Origin: Lachnospiraceae bacterium
GTDB lineage: Bacteria; Bacillota; Clostridia; Lachnospirales; Lachnospiraceae
DNA: 64,000 nucleotides
Direction: 5' to 3'
Assembly (NCBI GenBank): GCA_051654925.1
Contig: JBOFYZ010000042.1
Coordinates: 6,315-70,314 of the forward strand
Shown: in pieces, positions 28,157 to 38,421 of the stretch
How positions within the stretch are numbered: position 1 is the stretch's first letter
Layout of the letters: each line of letters starts with the position of its first letter
Notes under the pieces: model-generated
Database searches by the model: none
Seen by the model: the letters and a program-made list of their open reading frames with translations, nothing else
What the model was told of the DNA's origin: nothing
Position numbers and translations under genes: made by a program

Positions 28157-28858
28157 TTAACAGGATTCGGTAAACTTCGCAAACAGTTTCCGGCTGTCTT
28201 CATTCACCCGGTAAGAGAACTCCGGATGCCACTGGACAGCCATAACAAATGATTGTTCCGGAGCATAAACTGCTTCGATCAGACCATCTTCCGAGTATGC
28301 CATTGTCACCAGTCCCGGTGCCAGATCTTTAATCGCCTGATGATGATAGCTGTTGACAGCAATAGTCTCTTTACCCAACAACTCATATAATGGTGTTCCG
28401 GCCTCAATCCGCACCTGATGCACCGCCCGGTCATAGGGCGGTGTCATCTGATGGCTGCATCCGCCCGGTCTCTGGGTCGGGATATCCTGATACAGAGTTC
28501 CGCCCATCATTGTATTTAAGATTTGAATCCCACGGCAGATCCCGAATATTGGCTTATCATATTGCAGCGCCAGCTTAACCAGTATCGATTCCATCGCATC
28601 CCGCTGAGGACATGACCGGGCTCCCTCGGGCAGCGGCTCCTCACCATAAAGGGCCGGATTCACATCATCACCTCCGGTCAATAAAAAACCATCCAGTTGC
28701 TCTGCCAACTGGCCGATCACTTCCGCATCAGCAGTCAGCGGCAGCATCACCGGAACTGCACCGGCTGCTTCTAGTCCGGTCATATAACCGGGCAGCATCC
28801 AATAACTCTCTTTATGTTCATCATAGAGCGGAATCAATCCGATCATCGGTCGTCTCAT
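28157..28858 (-). CDS. Class I glutamine amidotransferase-like gamma-glutamyl hydrolase (peptidase C26 / PuuD-like)
   Basis: GICRGIQILN nucleophile elbow, NSYHHQA, WHPE. Confidence 0.8.
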   Translation of the reverse strand: MRRPMIGLIPLYDEHKESYWMLPGYMTGLEAAGAVPVMLPLTADAEVIGQLAEQLDGFLLTGGDDVNPALYGEEPLPEGARSCPQRDAMESILVKLALQYDKPIFGICRGIQILNTMMGGTLYQDIPTQRPGGCSHQMTPPYDRAVHQVRIEAGTPLYELLGKETIAVNSYHHQAIKDLAPGLVTMAYSEDGLIEAVYAPEQSFVMAVQWHPEFSYRVNEDSRKLFAKFTESC

Positions 28859-30431
28859 CTTCTATCTCCTCTCTGGTCTCCCCTGGCCCCGGCTGTTCCC
28901 ATTCCCAATCGTGAAGATCTTTCTTCACATCTTCAATCATCTGTCCCATTTCAGCCACATACTTGCTGTTTGGTGACACCCGCTGCCACACCTGGTAACT
29001 CCTGGTCGCCTTTACCACATCCCAGCTCATCCGGTTGCCGGCACAATAGTCGAAATACAGATCAGCATATAACTGAGCCATTTCTTCTTTCAGATAATCC
29101 GGGATACTATCAATCGTTTCCATGACCTGACCCATGATTACCTGCTTTAGAAAATTCACCCCAAAGGTGTGAAAATTTAACAGATTCTCATCCTCACTTC
29201 CAATGGAACGCGCATAAGCCTCAACATCTGCCTGCCGCGTTTCAAAGGTCATATTTCCGTCGAGATCCCAGGCCAGACAGCCGTACTGATTCGGTGCCAA
29301 AGGATAAGGGCTCAGGACAATCTCCGTAATACCATACGCATCGTCCGGTACTCCCGGTTCGGATTTATGCTTTTTAATCCGCTGCGCATGCAGATGTCCG
29401 CTGAAATAAAGCGGGACTTCATATTCCTCTAGCAATGCAATAACGTCCTGATTATTTTCCAGCGTACATTCGGTCGTATATAACCGACTCTGGGACAACA
29501 GATTATGATGGGCTACCGGCAATACGGTAATCCCATGTTCTTTCGCCACTTGCAAATGCACTTCCAGCCAGGCCAGTGTCGCTGGTTTTAATCTGCCATT
29601 TACATGGTTATAATCTTCATACTGGCAGGAATCAATCATAATGATCCAGTGAAACTCATCCAGTGGATACACATAGCTAAGAGAAGCTTCATCCCGGTTA
29701 ATCGCCTGGTCATAGCCATATGCATGATAAATTTCAGCAAATTCCTCCGCAGTCTCTATGTATTCTGCCTGCTCCTTAAGATCACCGAAGTAGGTGGCCG
29801 CATGATATTTATTATTGATGTCGTGATTGCCCGGAATTACCAGAACCTGAATTCCAGCCTCCTGCACCCGTGCCAGCTTCTCCGCCAGCCGGATATGGTT
29901 CTCCGTCTCGCCGTTCAGGGTAATATCCCCTGGCAGTACCAGAGCCGTCGGCGCTGTCCTGAGTGCCTCATCAAGCAGAGTATCGATCATGATATCACTG
30001 TACCGATTGATCTTGCCATCATCTTCTGCCTCCATCTTCTGAAATGCTTTGCCATCATCATGGGTAGTCTCGCTCATGTAATGCAGGTCAGACGCCAGCA
30101 TCAGACGCGGCGGTTCATAGGGTATTTCTTCCGGCTCCGGTTCTTCCTCTTCCTCTTCCTCTTCCTTCGGCGCTTCATAATACCAGTAGTGGTAAGCATC
30201 CTCCCAGGCAATATCAGTTTCTGCAGCTGATTCAGGATCGACATTCTCCGGAGTAGCTGCCGGACTTTCCGGTTCTGATCCTTCCTCAGACGGCAACAGG
30301 GGGGCTGTTGTCTGCTGCGCATCTTCCGGCCGCTGAAAACCAGTCAGATATCGCACAAACACAACCACCCCTAAACATCCTAATATCAGGCTCAGATATA
30401 GTAATATAATAAATAATTGCTTTTTTTTCAT
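28821..30431 (-). CDS. Membrane-anchored metallophosphoesterase with acidic poly-Glu linker
   Basis: N-terminal TM helix, a KEEEEEEEEPEPEE linker, and the calcineurin-like motifs GDITLNG, GNHD and GHLH. Confidence 0.75.
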   Translation of the reverse strand: MKKKQLFIILLYLSLILGCLGVVVFVRYLTGFQRPEDAQQTTAPLLPSEEGSEPESPAATPENVDPESAAETDIAWEDAYHYWYYEAPKEEEEEEEEPEPEEIPYEPPRLMLASDLHYMSETTHDDGKAFQKMEAEDDGKINRYSDIMIDTLLDEALRTAPTALVLPGDITLNGETENHIRLAEKLARVQEAGIQVLVIPGNHDINNKYHAATYFGDLKEQAEYIETAEEFAEIYHAYGYDQAINRDEASLSYVYPLDEFHWIIMIDSCQYEDYNHVNGRLKPATLAWLEVHLQVAKEHGITVLPVAHHNLLSQSRLYTTECTLENNQDVIALLEEYEVPLYFSGHLHAQRIKKHKSEPGVPDDAYGITEIVLSPYPLAPNQYGCLAWDLDGNMTFETRQADVEAYARSIGSEDENLLNFHTFGVNFLKQVIMGQVMETIDSIPDYLKEEMAQLYADLYFDYCAGNRMSWDVVKATRSYQVWQRVSPNSKYVAEMGQMIEDVKKDLHDWEWEQPGPGETREEIEDETTDDRIDSAL

Positions 30432-30437
30432 TCTTCT

Positions 30438-31730
30438 CTATAAGATCAGATTATTTACACAGACAGCTCCATAAGGGCGGATACTCATCCGGTAAACACT
30501 ACCTGCTCCCATTGCCTTCTCCATATATGTAGTATATTCATCGGTAACATCATTCGGCAGGATCGCCATAATAACCCCGGCAAAACCGCCGCCGTGGATC
30601 CGGCATGCTCCTTTTTGTTTTTCTGCAATGAACAGTTCGGTCAGAGCCAGGGCAACCGATATCCCCTGTTCCTGATAATTACTATTGGTATAACAATTCT
30701 GCAGCCATTTCCATGAAGAATTACCGGAAGCGGTAATATTCATCAGGAAATCGGAGAAGCGTCCTTCTTTCAGGGCCTTCACTTCTTCTTCCACCCGCTT
30801 GTTCTCTTCAAAGAAATGCAGGGCACGCATTACCGAACGATCACCGGCATATTCCCGGACGTCTGCCAGATGTTCCAGCACCTGCTCCTCGGTAATCTCC
30901 GCACAGACCGATTTACCGAAATACCCGGCAACCTTCTTCATCTCATCGGGAACGGATGAATAGTCGGCACTTAAATCGGCATGTCCCTTACCGGTCTGAA
31001 CAATGATCAGACTATGATTCATAGAAGGGAAATCAAAAGCAATCTTTTCCACCTGCGGTACCTGTGGTTCCGTAAAATCAATGGCAATCAGGCCGCCAAC
31101 GGCACAGGCCATCTGATCCAGCAGACCGGATCCCTTATCCCAGTAATGATTCTCTGCGTATTTTCCGATATGAGCATAGGTAACTGTGCTCATCCGGCCT
31201 TCATTATAAAATTCATTAAGGATGGAACAGATCAGCATTTCAAAGGCAGCTGATGAGCTGACCCCGGCTGAATTAATCACATTGCTGGTCAAATATGCAT
31301 CAAACCCGCCAATCTCATAACCTGAATCGACAAATCCTTTCAGCAGGCCCTTCACCAGATCGATGGTTCCGGCTTTCTTGTCGCTCGGTTCCAGCTGGTT
31401 TAAGTCAATCACGAAATCCTGGTCATATGTTTCGCTGATAATATGTACCTGGGAAGACTGATTCCGGGCAGCAATGCCGACACAGTCAAGGTTAATACTT
31501 GCTGCCAGCACTTTACCGTGGTTATGATCCGTGTGGTTGCCGCTGATTTCTGTTCGTCCCGGTGAACTGAATATATAAATATCCTGGTCGCCAAACCGCT
31601 CCCCGAATTTACCGATAAGTTCCTGATAACGCAAAATATTGGTTTCTGCATGGGCCTCACCGTAAAGCTCTTTCATCAATTGTACTGCCCTGTCATGTTG
31701 CAGAGTCTGTACCAGTCTGTCTGCTTTCAT
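30438..31730 (-). CDS. galK: Galactokinase (GHMP kinase)
   Basis: PGRTEISGNHTDHNHG signature and GGGFAG. Start set at the ATG behind a GGAGGA RBS, five codons inside the ORF. Confidence 0.85.
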   Translation of the reverse strand: MKADRLVQTLQHDRAVQLMKELYGEAHAETNILRYQELIGKFGERFGDQDIYIFSSPGRTEISGNHTDHNHGKVLAASINLDCVGIAARNQSSQVHIISETYDQDFVIDLNQLEPSDKKAGTIDLVKGLLKGFVDSGYEIGGFDAYLTSNVINSAGVSSSAAFEMLICSILNEFYNEGRMSTVTYAHIGKYAENHYWDKGSGLLDQMACAVGGLIAIDFTEPQVPQVEKIAFDFPSMNHSLIIVQTGKGHADLSADYSSVPDEMKKVAGYFGKSVCAEITEEQVLEHLADVREYAGDRSVMRALHFFEENKRVEEEVKALKEGRFSDFLMNITASGNSSWKWLQNCYTNSNYQEQGISVALALTELFIAEKQKGACRIHGGGFAGVIMAILPNDVTDEYTTYMEKAMGAGSVYRMSIRPYGAVCVNNLIL

Positions 31731-31886
31731 TCCGCTATCCTCCATTATATTTTGTACCTTCTAAGAGAGTATAGCATACCCTGGCAACTGTGAACAATAG
31801 AATATTTTTTGGTTTTCCTATATTTTTATCACCATTTCCTTTATAATACCAGTGACTTTCATAGTAAATCAGCCGCGGAGGAATAC

Positions 31887-32819
31887 ATGAACTGGAATGA
31901 AAAACCTTACCATTCTCTGGATTATGCCATGAAGCAGCAATTTGGCACAAAAGTATACAAAATTGCCCTGGACGGCGGCATGACCTGTCCCAACCGGGAC
32001 GGAACCCTGGACAGCCGCGGCTGTATTTTCTGCAGCAGCGGTGGTTCCGGCGACTTCGCTGCTGCTGCGGAAGAATCAGTCAGCAGCCAGATCAAATCGG
32101 CAATTTCCCGGATCACCCATAAGATGGGCCGATCCCCGGCCGCCTATATCGCTTATTTTCAGTCCTATACCAATACCTATGCTCCGATTGACAGACTCCG
32201 CCGCCTGTATACCGAGGCGCTGGCGCATCCGGATATCAGAGCCTTGTCGATTGCCACACGGCCGGATTGCCTGTCGGCGGAGGTTTTGGATCTGTGTACT
32301 GAATTAAATAAAGACAAACCGGTATGGCTCGAACTCGGCCTGCAGACCATCCACGAAGATACTGCGGCTGTAATCCGGCGCGGATATCCGCTGTCCTGTT
32401 TTGAAGACAGCCTGGCCAGGCTGCGGCTGCGCGGTCTGACTGTGATTGTACATGTAATTCTGGGGCTCCCCGGAGAGACCATAGAACAGATGCTTGATAC
32501 CATCTCATATCTGGCCCACCAGGATATTCAGGGCATTAAGCTGCAGCTGCTTCATGTTCTCAAAAATACGGATCTGAAAGGACTCTATGAACAGGGACAA
32601 TGCCCGATCCTGTCCATGGAGGAATATATCGATCTTGTCATCGACTGTATTGCCCTGCTTCCGCCTGAGATGGTCATTCACCGGATCACCGGTGACGGCC
32701 CCAAATACCTGCTGCTGGCTCCGCTCTGGAGCGCAAATAAGCGCCTGGTCCTCAATACCATGACCAGACGCTTCAAAGAACGTGCAATTACCCAGGGAGA
32801 CCATTACTCCCCGGAATGA
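31887..32819 (+). CDS. TIGR01212-type radical SAM protein
   Basis: MTCPNRDGTLDSRGCIFCS cluster motif. Start at the ATG at 31887 behind a GGAGG RBS. Confidence 0.8.
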   Translation: MNWNEKPYHSLDYAMKQQFGTKVYKIALDGGMTCPNRDGTLDSRGCIFCSSGGSGDFAAAAEESVSSQIKSAISRITHKMGRSPAAYIAYFQSYTNTYAPIDRLRRLYTEALAHPDIRALSIATRPDCLSAEVLDLCTELNKDKPVWLELGLQTIHEDTAAVIRRGYPLSCFEDSLARLRLRGLTVIVHVILGLPGETIEQMLDTISYLAHQDIQGIKLQLLHVLKNTDLKGLYEQGQCPILSMEEYIDLVIDCIALLPPEMVIHRITGDGPKYLLLAPLWSANKRLVLNTMTRRFKERAITQGDHYSPE

Positions 32820-33991
32820 ACCGTTCCTTCATTATCATATTTAACTCCAAATGAAATGGATTCCATATACTGATAAAACTCCTGCAGCTTGTCTGTCTCC
32901 GTCAGCATCCGCGTGTACCCGGCTCCGGATGTTCCCGGCAGAAGCTGCAGCACCGGTACCTCCTGATCCTGCTCAAATGTCAATTTCAGTAAGGTGGTTC
33001 TTGGGATCGAACTTCCAAAGACAAAATTGCCCAGGCTGTACACCACCGGTTTCCCCTGATAATACTCAATTCCCTGCAGCACATGGGGATGACTGCCGAT
33101 CACCAGATCAGCCCCGGCATCGATATACTGCCGACCCAGCTGACGCTGGTATTCCTGAGGGTTCTCATCCCGTTCAATACCCCAGTGCACATAGACAATC
33201 ACATAATCACAGGACTGTCTGAGCGTCTCAATCTCCTTCAGTAGAATCGCCGGATCATAAGTAGCCAGCATGCCCGGATGATTCTGCCCGGCTGCCCAGC
33301 CAGATTCCGGGATCACCCGCGTCGCTCCGATCACACCGATCTGAAATTCATTCTTTTTAAAAATAATTGCCTGTTTTGCCTGTTCCAGATTCGCACCTGC
33401 GCCTGTATAGGCAATCCCGGCTCCATCCAGAGTCTCACAGGAATCCAGTAGAGCCTCCTGCCCAAAATCCAGGGCATGATTATTCGCCAGGGTCACTCCA
33501 TCAATTCCCATCTCCTGAAATACCCTGACATATTCCGGTGCCAGCCGGAATGTATACTGCTTATCGGCTGCTGCCGTCCCCCTGTTACTAAAGGGAAATT
33601 CCTGATTGACCATAAAAAAATCCGCAGCCGCAATCGCCTGCCGGTAACCGGAATCCAGCACACCGCCGATCCCGCCGTTATTTTTGTATGCCTGCAGGAT
33701 ATGCTCAGAAAGAAGCACATCACCGCCAAACAGCAGCGTAATTCTCTGTTCCTGACCGGTCACTGCCTCCGGGGTATCATCCTCCTGGTTTTCCGGAATC
33801 ACAATCGCAATCTCATCATCTTCTTCTACTGCAATCCGGATATCCGCAACCGCCCCATCCTGCATCTGATTCGTATTTTCTGCATGTCCACCGATGCGTT
33901 CATACTTCGGCTGCCCACACCCTGTCAGCGATGCTGCCATGCACAATATCACCACAATCATCAATCCGGTCTTCAGCCGATATCTCTGCAT
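32804..33991 (-). CDS. CapA-family metallophosphatase lipoprotein
   Basis: Lipobox SLTGCGQ, plus LANNHALDFG, VHWG and GSHPH motifs. Confidence 0.75.
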   Translation of the reverse strand: MQRYRLKTGLMIVVILCMAASLTGCGQPKYERIGGHAENTNQMQDGAVADIRIAVEEDDEIAIVIPENQEDDTPEAVTGQEQRITLLFGGDVLLSEHILQAYKNNGGIGGVLDSGYRQAIAAADFFMVNQEFPFSNRGTAAADKQYTFRLAPEYVRVFQEMGIDGVTLANNHALDFGQEALLDSCETLDGAGIAYTGAGANLEQAKQAIIFKKNEFQIGVIGATRVIPESGWAAGQNHPGMLATYDPAILLKEIETLRQSCDYVIVYVHWGIERDENPQEYQRQLGRQYIDAGADLVIGSHPHVLQGIEYYQGKPVVYSLGNFVFGSSIPRTTLLKLTFEQDQEVPVLQLLPGTSGAGYTRMLTETDKLQEFYQYMESISFGVKYDNEGTVHSGE

Positions 33992-34000
33992 ACCTGTTCC

Positions 34001-34846
34001 TTACTCCACCACCATAATAATACCGCCATCACCAGCATAAGCGGTAGCCACACCGGCCATCTCAGTCATCACAATCTCACGGAAGCTGCCGCGTTTCTCC
34101 AGATCTGCTCTGACAAAAGCTGCCCGCTCCGGAGTATTACACTGAGCAATAACAACTCGCCTTTCCGACATATTTCCGGCATTCTTCATCGCCAGGTCAC
34201 ACATGCGGGTCAGTGCTTTGTTCATTCCTCTGGCCTGATCCAGCTTAACAATGACACCATGCTCTGTACCCATCACCGGTTTAACGTTCAAGGCCGTTGC
34301 AAAAAAAGCCTGCAGTCCGGTTAACCGGCCATTCTTGCGGAGCGGATCCAGAGAATCTATGACAAAATATGTCTTCTGAGCATCACGCATAGCCAGAATC
34401 CGTTTGGAAATCTCGGCAAATTCCAACCCTTCTACATACATATCCCGGATCGCCAGAGCCAGCCCCAGTTCGCCGGAGGATGCCGATTCCGAATCAATTA
34501 CCAGAATGTTCTTTTTACCGGAGCCGAATTCTTCCTCATACAATTCTTTGCCCAGTACCGCACTGTTGTATGTTCCGCTCAAATGGCTGGACAATGTGAT
34601 CACATAGACATCATCTTCTTCGCAGGTATATGCCGTCTTAAAGGCATCAGGAGAAGGACAGGCAGTCTTGATACAATTAGGGCTTTCTTTGACCATTTTA
34701 ATAAAAGCCAACTGGTCAAATGTCTCATCATCCAGCACCATATTATCATCTACCTGAAGGGTTAACGGTACCATCTGATACTGCGGATTCTGCCTTAACT
34801 CGTCCGTCAGATCCAGGCAACTGTCACCAATAATTCGAAAGCTCAT
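34001..34846 (-). CDS. DegV-family fatty-acid-binding protein
   Basis: Typical N-terminus FRIIGDSCLDLT and a length of about 280 aa. Confidence 0.85.
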   Translation of the reverse strand: MSFRIIGDSCLDLTDELRQNPQYQMVPLTLQVDDNMVLDDETFDQLAFIKMVKESPNCIKTACPSPDAFKTAYTCEEDDVYVITLSSHLSGTYNSAVLGKELYEEEFGSGKKNILVIDSESASSGELGLALAIRDMYVEGLEFAEISKRILAMRDAQKTYFVIDSLDPLRKNGRLTGLQAFFATALNVKPVMGTEHGVIVKLDQARGMNKALTRMCDLAMKNAGNMSERRVVIAQCNTPERAAFVRADLEKRGSFREIVMTEMAGVATAYAGDGGIIMVVE

Positions 34847-34964
34847 ACTGTTCCTCCTGCATCACTTATCTAGATTTTCAAACACGCTCTAGTACATGTA
34901 GTTTTAATTACTACTTATTATAGCATATATTTTTGATAATTCAATACCGCAAGTAACAGATTGA

Positions 34965-36314
34965 TTAAATAACCTTTTTTTCTTTCCATTTTCCAGTCAG
35001 GTATCTGGTAAAGCTGATCAGGTAGTTAGTTGTCCAACCCAGGGGAATGACAAACCAGACCGCCTTGATGCCCCAGACCGGCGCCAGCGTAAACGCACCG
35101 ATCACCCGTATGCTTAGATTGACCAGATTGGCCGCCGTAAATACCAAAACATCTCCAGCCCCGCGCAGCAGGCCATCCACACAGGACTTTACTCCGATGC
35201 AGATAAAAAAGAACGAAATATAGGACAGGTATCCGGTTCCTGTTTCGAATGCTACAGAATTCCGTACTCCACCCAGAAACGCAGCAATAACCGGCTCATT
35301 CAACAGATTCAGAAGAACCGCAATGACTACGGCGAAAACCGCTACAATCACATAGCTGGAGCGATACCCCTGCCTGACCCGCTCTGGTTTTCCGGCACCA
35401 ATATTCTGAGCCGTGAAAGTCGCTACGGCATTGCCGGTTGCAATCATCGGTACGATACAGATCGATTCAATTCTTGTTCCGGCGGAATACCCGGCCACTG
35501 CCTCGACACCAAAACCATTGACCACCGACTGAACCAGCAGCATGCCGATTGATACGATCGACTGCTGCAAAATGGTCGGAACCGCAATCCTGGTTCCGGT
35601 CATCAGCATGTCGCGGTCATACAGCGGTGCACGTCCGGTCTGGCCATCATCAAAGCTGCGCAGCTTTCTGAGCAGCAGTACAAACGAAAGGAGGGCCGCA
35701 ACTGCCTGTGCCAGGACTGTAGCAATCGCCACACCATCAACGCCCATCCCCAGCCATGTTACTGAAATCAAATCCAGCACCAAATTTAATGCGGAGGAAA
35801 AAAGCAGCAGATACAAAGGCGTCCGTGATTCCCCCATGGCATTAAATATCGATGCCAGAACATTATACATAAACAAAAAAGGCAGACCCAGAAAATAAAT
35901 CCCCAGATACAGCTTAGCCTGTTCCAAAATGCCGGAAGGTGTATTTAACGCCTCCAGAATCACTCCGTTCAGAGCCAGCCCGACACCACCGAGAACCAGA
36001 CTGACGAGAAGAAATGTAATCAGTGATGTTGAAATAGAGGTTTTCATCTTGCGGTAACATCCTGCCCCAAGGTACTGGGAAGTCAGCACCGCAGCACCAT
36101 TACCGCCGCCAATGGCAATCATAATAAATACGGTTGTCAACGAGTAAGAAGCGCCGACAGCCGCCAGCGCATCTACTCCGACATAATTCCCGACAATAAT
36201 GGAATCCGTCATATTATAAAATTGTTGAAACAGGTTGCCCAAGATCATCGGCAATGCAAACATCAGTAAGCTTCTGCCGGGACTGTCCTGGGTCAAGTCC
36301 GTTTTTTTATTCAT
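34965..36314 (-). CDS. MATE-family efflux transporter
   Basis: 12 hydrophobic segments. N-terminus LLMFALPMILGNLFQQFYNMTDSIIVG. Confidence 0.85.
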   Translation of the reverse strand: MNKKTDLTQDSPGRSLLMFALPMILGNLFQQFYNMTDSIIVGNYVGVDALAAVGASYSLTTVFIMIAIGGGNGAAVLTSQYLGAGCYRKMKTSISTSLITFLLVSLVLGGVGLALNGVILEALNTPSGILEQAKLYLGIYFLGLPFLFMYNVLASIFNAMGESRTPLYLLLFSSALNLVLDLISVTWLGMGVDGVAIATVLAQAVAALLSFVLLLRKLRSFDDGQTGRAPLYDRDMLMTGTRIAVPTILQQSIVSIGMLLVQSVVNGFGVEAVAGYSAGTRIESICIVPMIATGNAVATFTAQNIGAGKPERVRQGYRSSYVIVAVFAVVIAVLLNLLNEPVIAAFLGGVRNSVAFETGTGYLSYISFFFICIGVKSCVDGLLRGAGDVLVFTAANLVNLSIRVIGAFTLAPVWGIKAVWFVIPLGWTTNYLISFTRYLTGKWKEKKVI

Positions 36315-36317
36315 GGT

Positions 36318-38330
36318 CTATTTCTCCGCCATTTTTATCATGATTTCATTGCTTCTGGTAATAAATTTTGTCATTCGTTCCGGAGAAAGGGAACCATGGC
36401 TGACCAGTGCCAGGTCATACAGCTGCTCACAGAAAACATCGATTCCCTCATCCTTACCATGAGCCAGAACATACTGTACCAGCTTGTGGTTGGCATTCAA
36501 TACCAGAGTCTCTCCGGCTCCTCCGAACATCGACGGATCCATGCCATACATATTGTACTGTTTCATCATATCCTGCATCCGGCGGCTTTCTTCTGATACG
36601 GTCAGCATCGAGGAAAGTTCTTCGTTCTTTAATTTTTCCACTTTAATGGAAAGTTTATCGTTATTCAGAGCTTTCTGGAAAATCTCCGTCAGTTTATCTG
36701 CATTCTCTTTGAAAGTCTCATCATCTTCTGCTATTTCTTCTTTAAATGTTTCGTTTAAATCAGCATCGATACGAAGGAATTTGAGATTTTCATTCTTCTG
36801 CTCCAGGTGGCTGATAAACGGGTTATCAATATTGTGCGGCATAATTACGGCATCCATACCTTCTGTCTTAAACATATTGATATACTGGCTCTGCTCCTTT
36901 TCATTGGTCACATAAAAGATGGTATTTTCATGCTTCTCTTTGTTGGCTTCCAGGCAGTCCGTTAACGTAAGATATTTGCCTTCAAGATTCTTGAACAGGA
37001 TATAATCATTCATCTTACCGGAGAACTTTTCGTCCTTGAGGCAGCCGAACTTGATGAACGGAGCAATATCGTCCCAGTATTTCTCGTAATTTTCACGATC
37101 TGTTTTGCACATGCCAGACAGCTTATCCGCTACTTTCTTAGTGATATAATCGGAAATCTTTTTCACAAAGCCGTCATTCTGCAGGGCACTTCTGGATACA
37201 TTAAGAGGCAGATCCGGACAGTCAATTGCACCCTTCAGCAGCATTAAAAACTCTGGTATCACTTCTTTGATATTATCTGCAATAAATACCTGATTATTAT
37301 ATAATTTGATGGTTCCTTCCAGGGAATCATACTCGGTATTAATTTTCGGGAAGTATAAAATTCCTTTCAGATTAAATGGATAATCCATGTTCAGGTGAAT
37401 CCAGAACAGCGGCTCTTTATAATCCATAAACACTTTGCGGTAGAATGTCTTGTACTCCTCGTCGGTACACTCGTTCGGATGCTTGTTCCATAAAGGATTG
37501 GTATCGTTTAATGCGACCGGACGTTTTAGGATTTTGTATCGTTCTTTAGCCGGAGCGATCTCAACGGTCTCTTTTTCTCCGTTTTCATTTTCCTGCTCCT
37601 CAGTCTTTGCTTCTTCAAGAACAGTTTCTACAACGGTATCCTTATCGGTCAGTTCTTCTTTGTCAATGGTCTCGTACTGCGGTTCTGCTGTCGCATTGTC
37701 GAGATAAATGGCGATTGGCATGAAGGAACAGTATTTTTCAATAACTTCACGCCCCCGGTATTCATTCGAGAATTCATAGCTGTCTTCATTCAGGTAGAGG
37801 GTAATAACCGTACCATGATCCTGCTTGTCCCCGTCCTTCATCTCAAAGGATAAACCGCCTTCCGATTCCCAGTATACAGGGACAGCATCCTCTTTATAGG
37901 AAAGGGTATTGATCGTCACCTTATCCGCTACCATAAATGCTGAATAGAAGCCGAGACCAAAGTGTCCGATAATCTGGTCTTCACTTGCTTTGTCTTTATA
38001 TTTATCAAGAAAATCCTGAGCTCCGGAAAAGGCGATCTGATTGATATATTCTTCCACCTCATCAGTGGTCATACCGATTCCGTTATCAGCGAAAGAAATG
38101 CTCTTTTCATCAGGATTTACCGTTACCTGAATTTTGTATTCGAGATCTTCGGGTTTGGTGTATTCACCGATTAATTCCAGCTTCTTCAGCTTGGTTATGG
38201 CGTCACAGCCATTGGACACCAGCTCCCGGTAAAAGATATCATGGTCTGAATACAGCCATTTTTTAATAATCGGAAAGATATTCTCACTGTTAATTGATAA
38301 GTTTCCTTTTTTACTGCTCATATGTGTCAA
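36318..38330 (-). CDS. htpG: Molecular chaperone HtpG (Hsp90)
   Basis: GHKL ATPase motifs ELVSNGCDA, DNGIGMT and GHFGLGFYSAFMVA. 670 aa. Confidence 0.95.
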   Translation of the reverse strand: MTHMSSKKGNLSINSENIFPIIKKWLYSDHDIFYRELVSNGCDAITKLKKLELIGEYTKPEDLEYKIQVTVNPDEKSISFADNGIGMTTDEVEEYINQIAFSGAQDFLDKYKDKASEDQIIGHFGLGFYSAFMVADKVTINTLSYKEDAVPVYWESEGGLSFEMKDGDKQDHGTVITLYLNEDSYEFSNEYRGREVIEKYCSFMPIAIYLDNATAEPQYETIDKEELTDKDTVVETVLEEAKTEEQENENGEKETVEIAPAKERYKILKRPVALNDTNPLWNKHPNECTDEEYKTFYRKVFMDYKEPLFWIHLNMDYPFNLKGILYFPKINTEYDSLEGTIKLYNNQVFIADNIKEVIPEFLMLLKGAIDCPDLPLNVSRSALQNDGFVKKISDYITKKVADKLSGMCKTDRENYEKYWDDIAPFIKFGCLKDEKFSGKMNDYILFKNLEGKYLTLTDCLEANKEKHENTIFYVTNEKEQSQYINMFKTEGMDAVIMPHNIDNPFISHLEQKNENLKFLRIDADLNETFKEEIAEDDETFKENADKLTEIFQKALNNDKLSIKVEKLKNEELSSMLTVSEESRRMQDMMKQYNMYGMDPSMFGGAGETLVLNANHKLVQYVLAHGKDEGIDVFCEQLYDLALVSHGSLSPERMTKFITRSNEIMIKMAEK

Positions 38331-38348
38331 TACTCCTTTTTCGTTATT

Positions 38349-38375
38349 TTAGCCACCACGATGCTCGGCTGCTAA
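38349..38375 (-). promoter_or_regulatory. Second, degenerate CIRCE-like inverted repeat in the htpG leader
   Basis: On the minus strand: TTAGCAGCC-N9-GGTGGCTAA. The outer TTAGC/GCTAA halves are conserved and the inner positions diverge. Confidence 0.45.
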
Positions 38376-38386
38376 CTCATGAAATT

Positions 38387-38415
38387 ATTCTACTACCATA
38401 CGAGAAAAATGTCAA
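38387..38415 (-). promoter_or_regulatory. Sigma-A-type promoter of htpG
   Basis: On the minus strand: TTGACA, a 17-nt spacer, then TAGAAT. Confidence 0.6.
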
Positions 38416-38421
38416 CTAAAA

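Noticed and set aside
30125-30175. Short-period GAA/GAG/GGA repetition that looks repeat-like at DNA level
   Set aside because: It is simply the coding sequence of the Glu8/Pro-Glu linker of the phosphoesterase. There are no spacers or repeat-unit structure, so it is not a CRISPR array or satellite.
29604-30230. 208-aa plus-strand ORF inside the metallophosphoesterase gene
   Set aside because: It is an antisense shadow ORF, whereas the minus-strand frame carries clear GDxxxNG/GNHD/GHLH motifs.
33476-34324. 282-aa plus-strand ORF spanning the CapA/DegV region
   Set aside because: It is entirely antisense to two well-supported minus-strand genes. Its composition is His/Arg/Cys/Leu-rich and low-complexity, with no RBS. 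This is a typical shadow ORF in GC-richer DNA.
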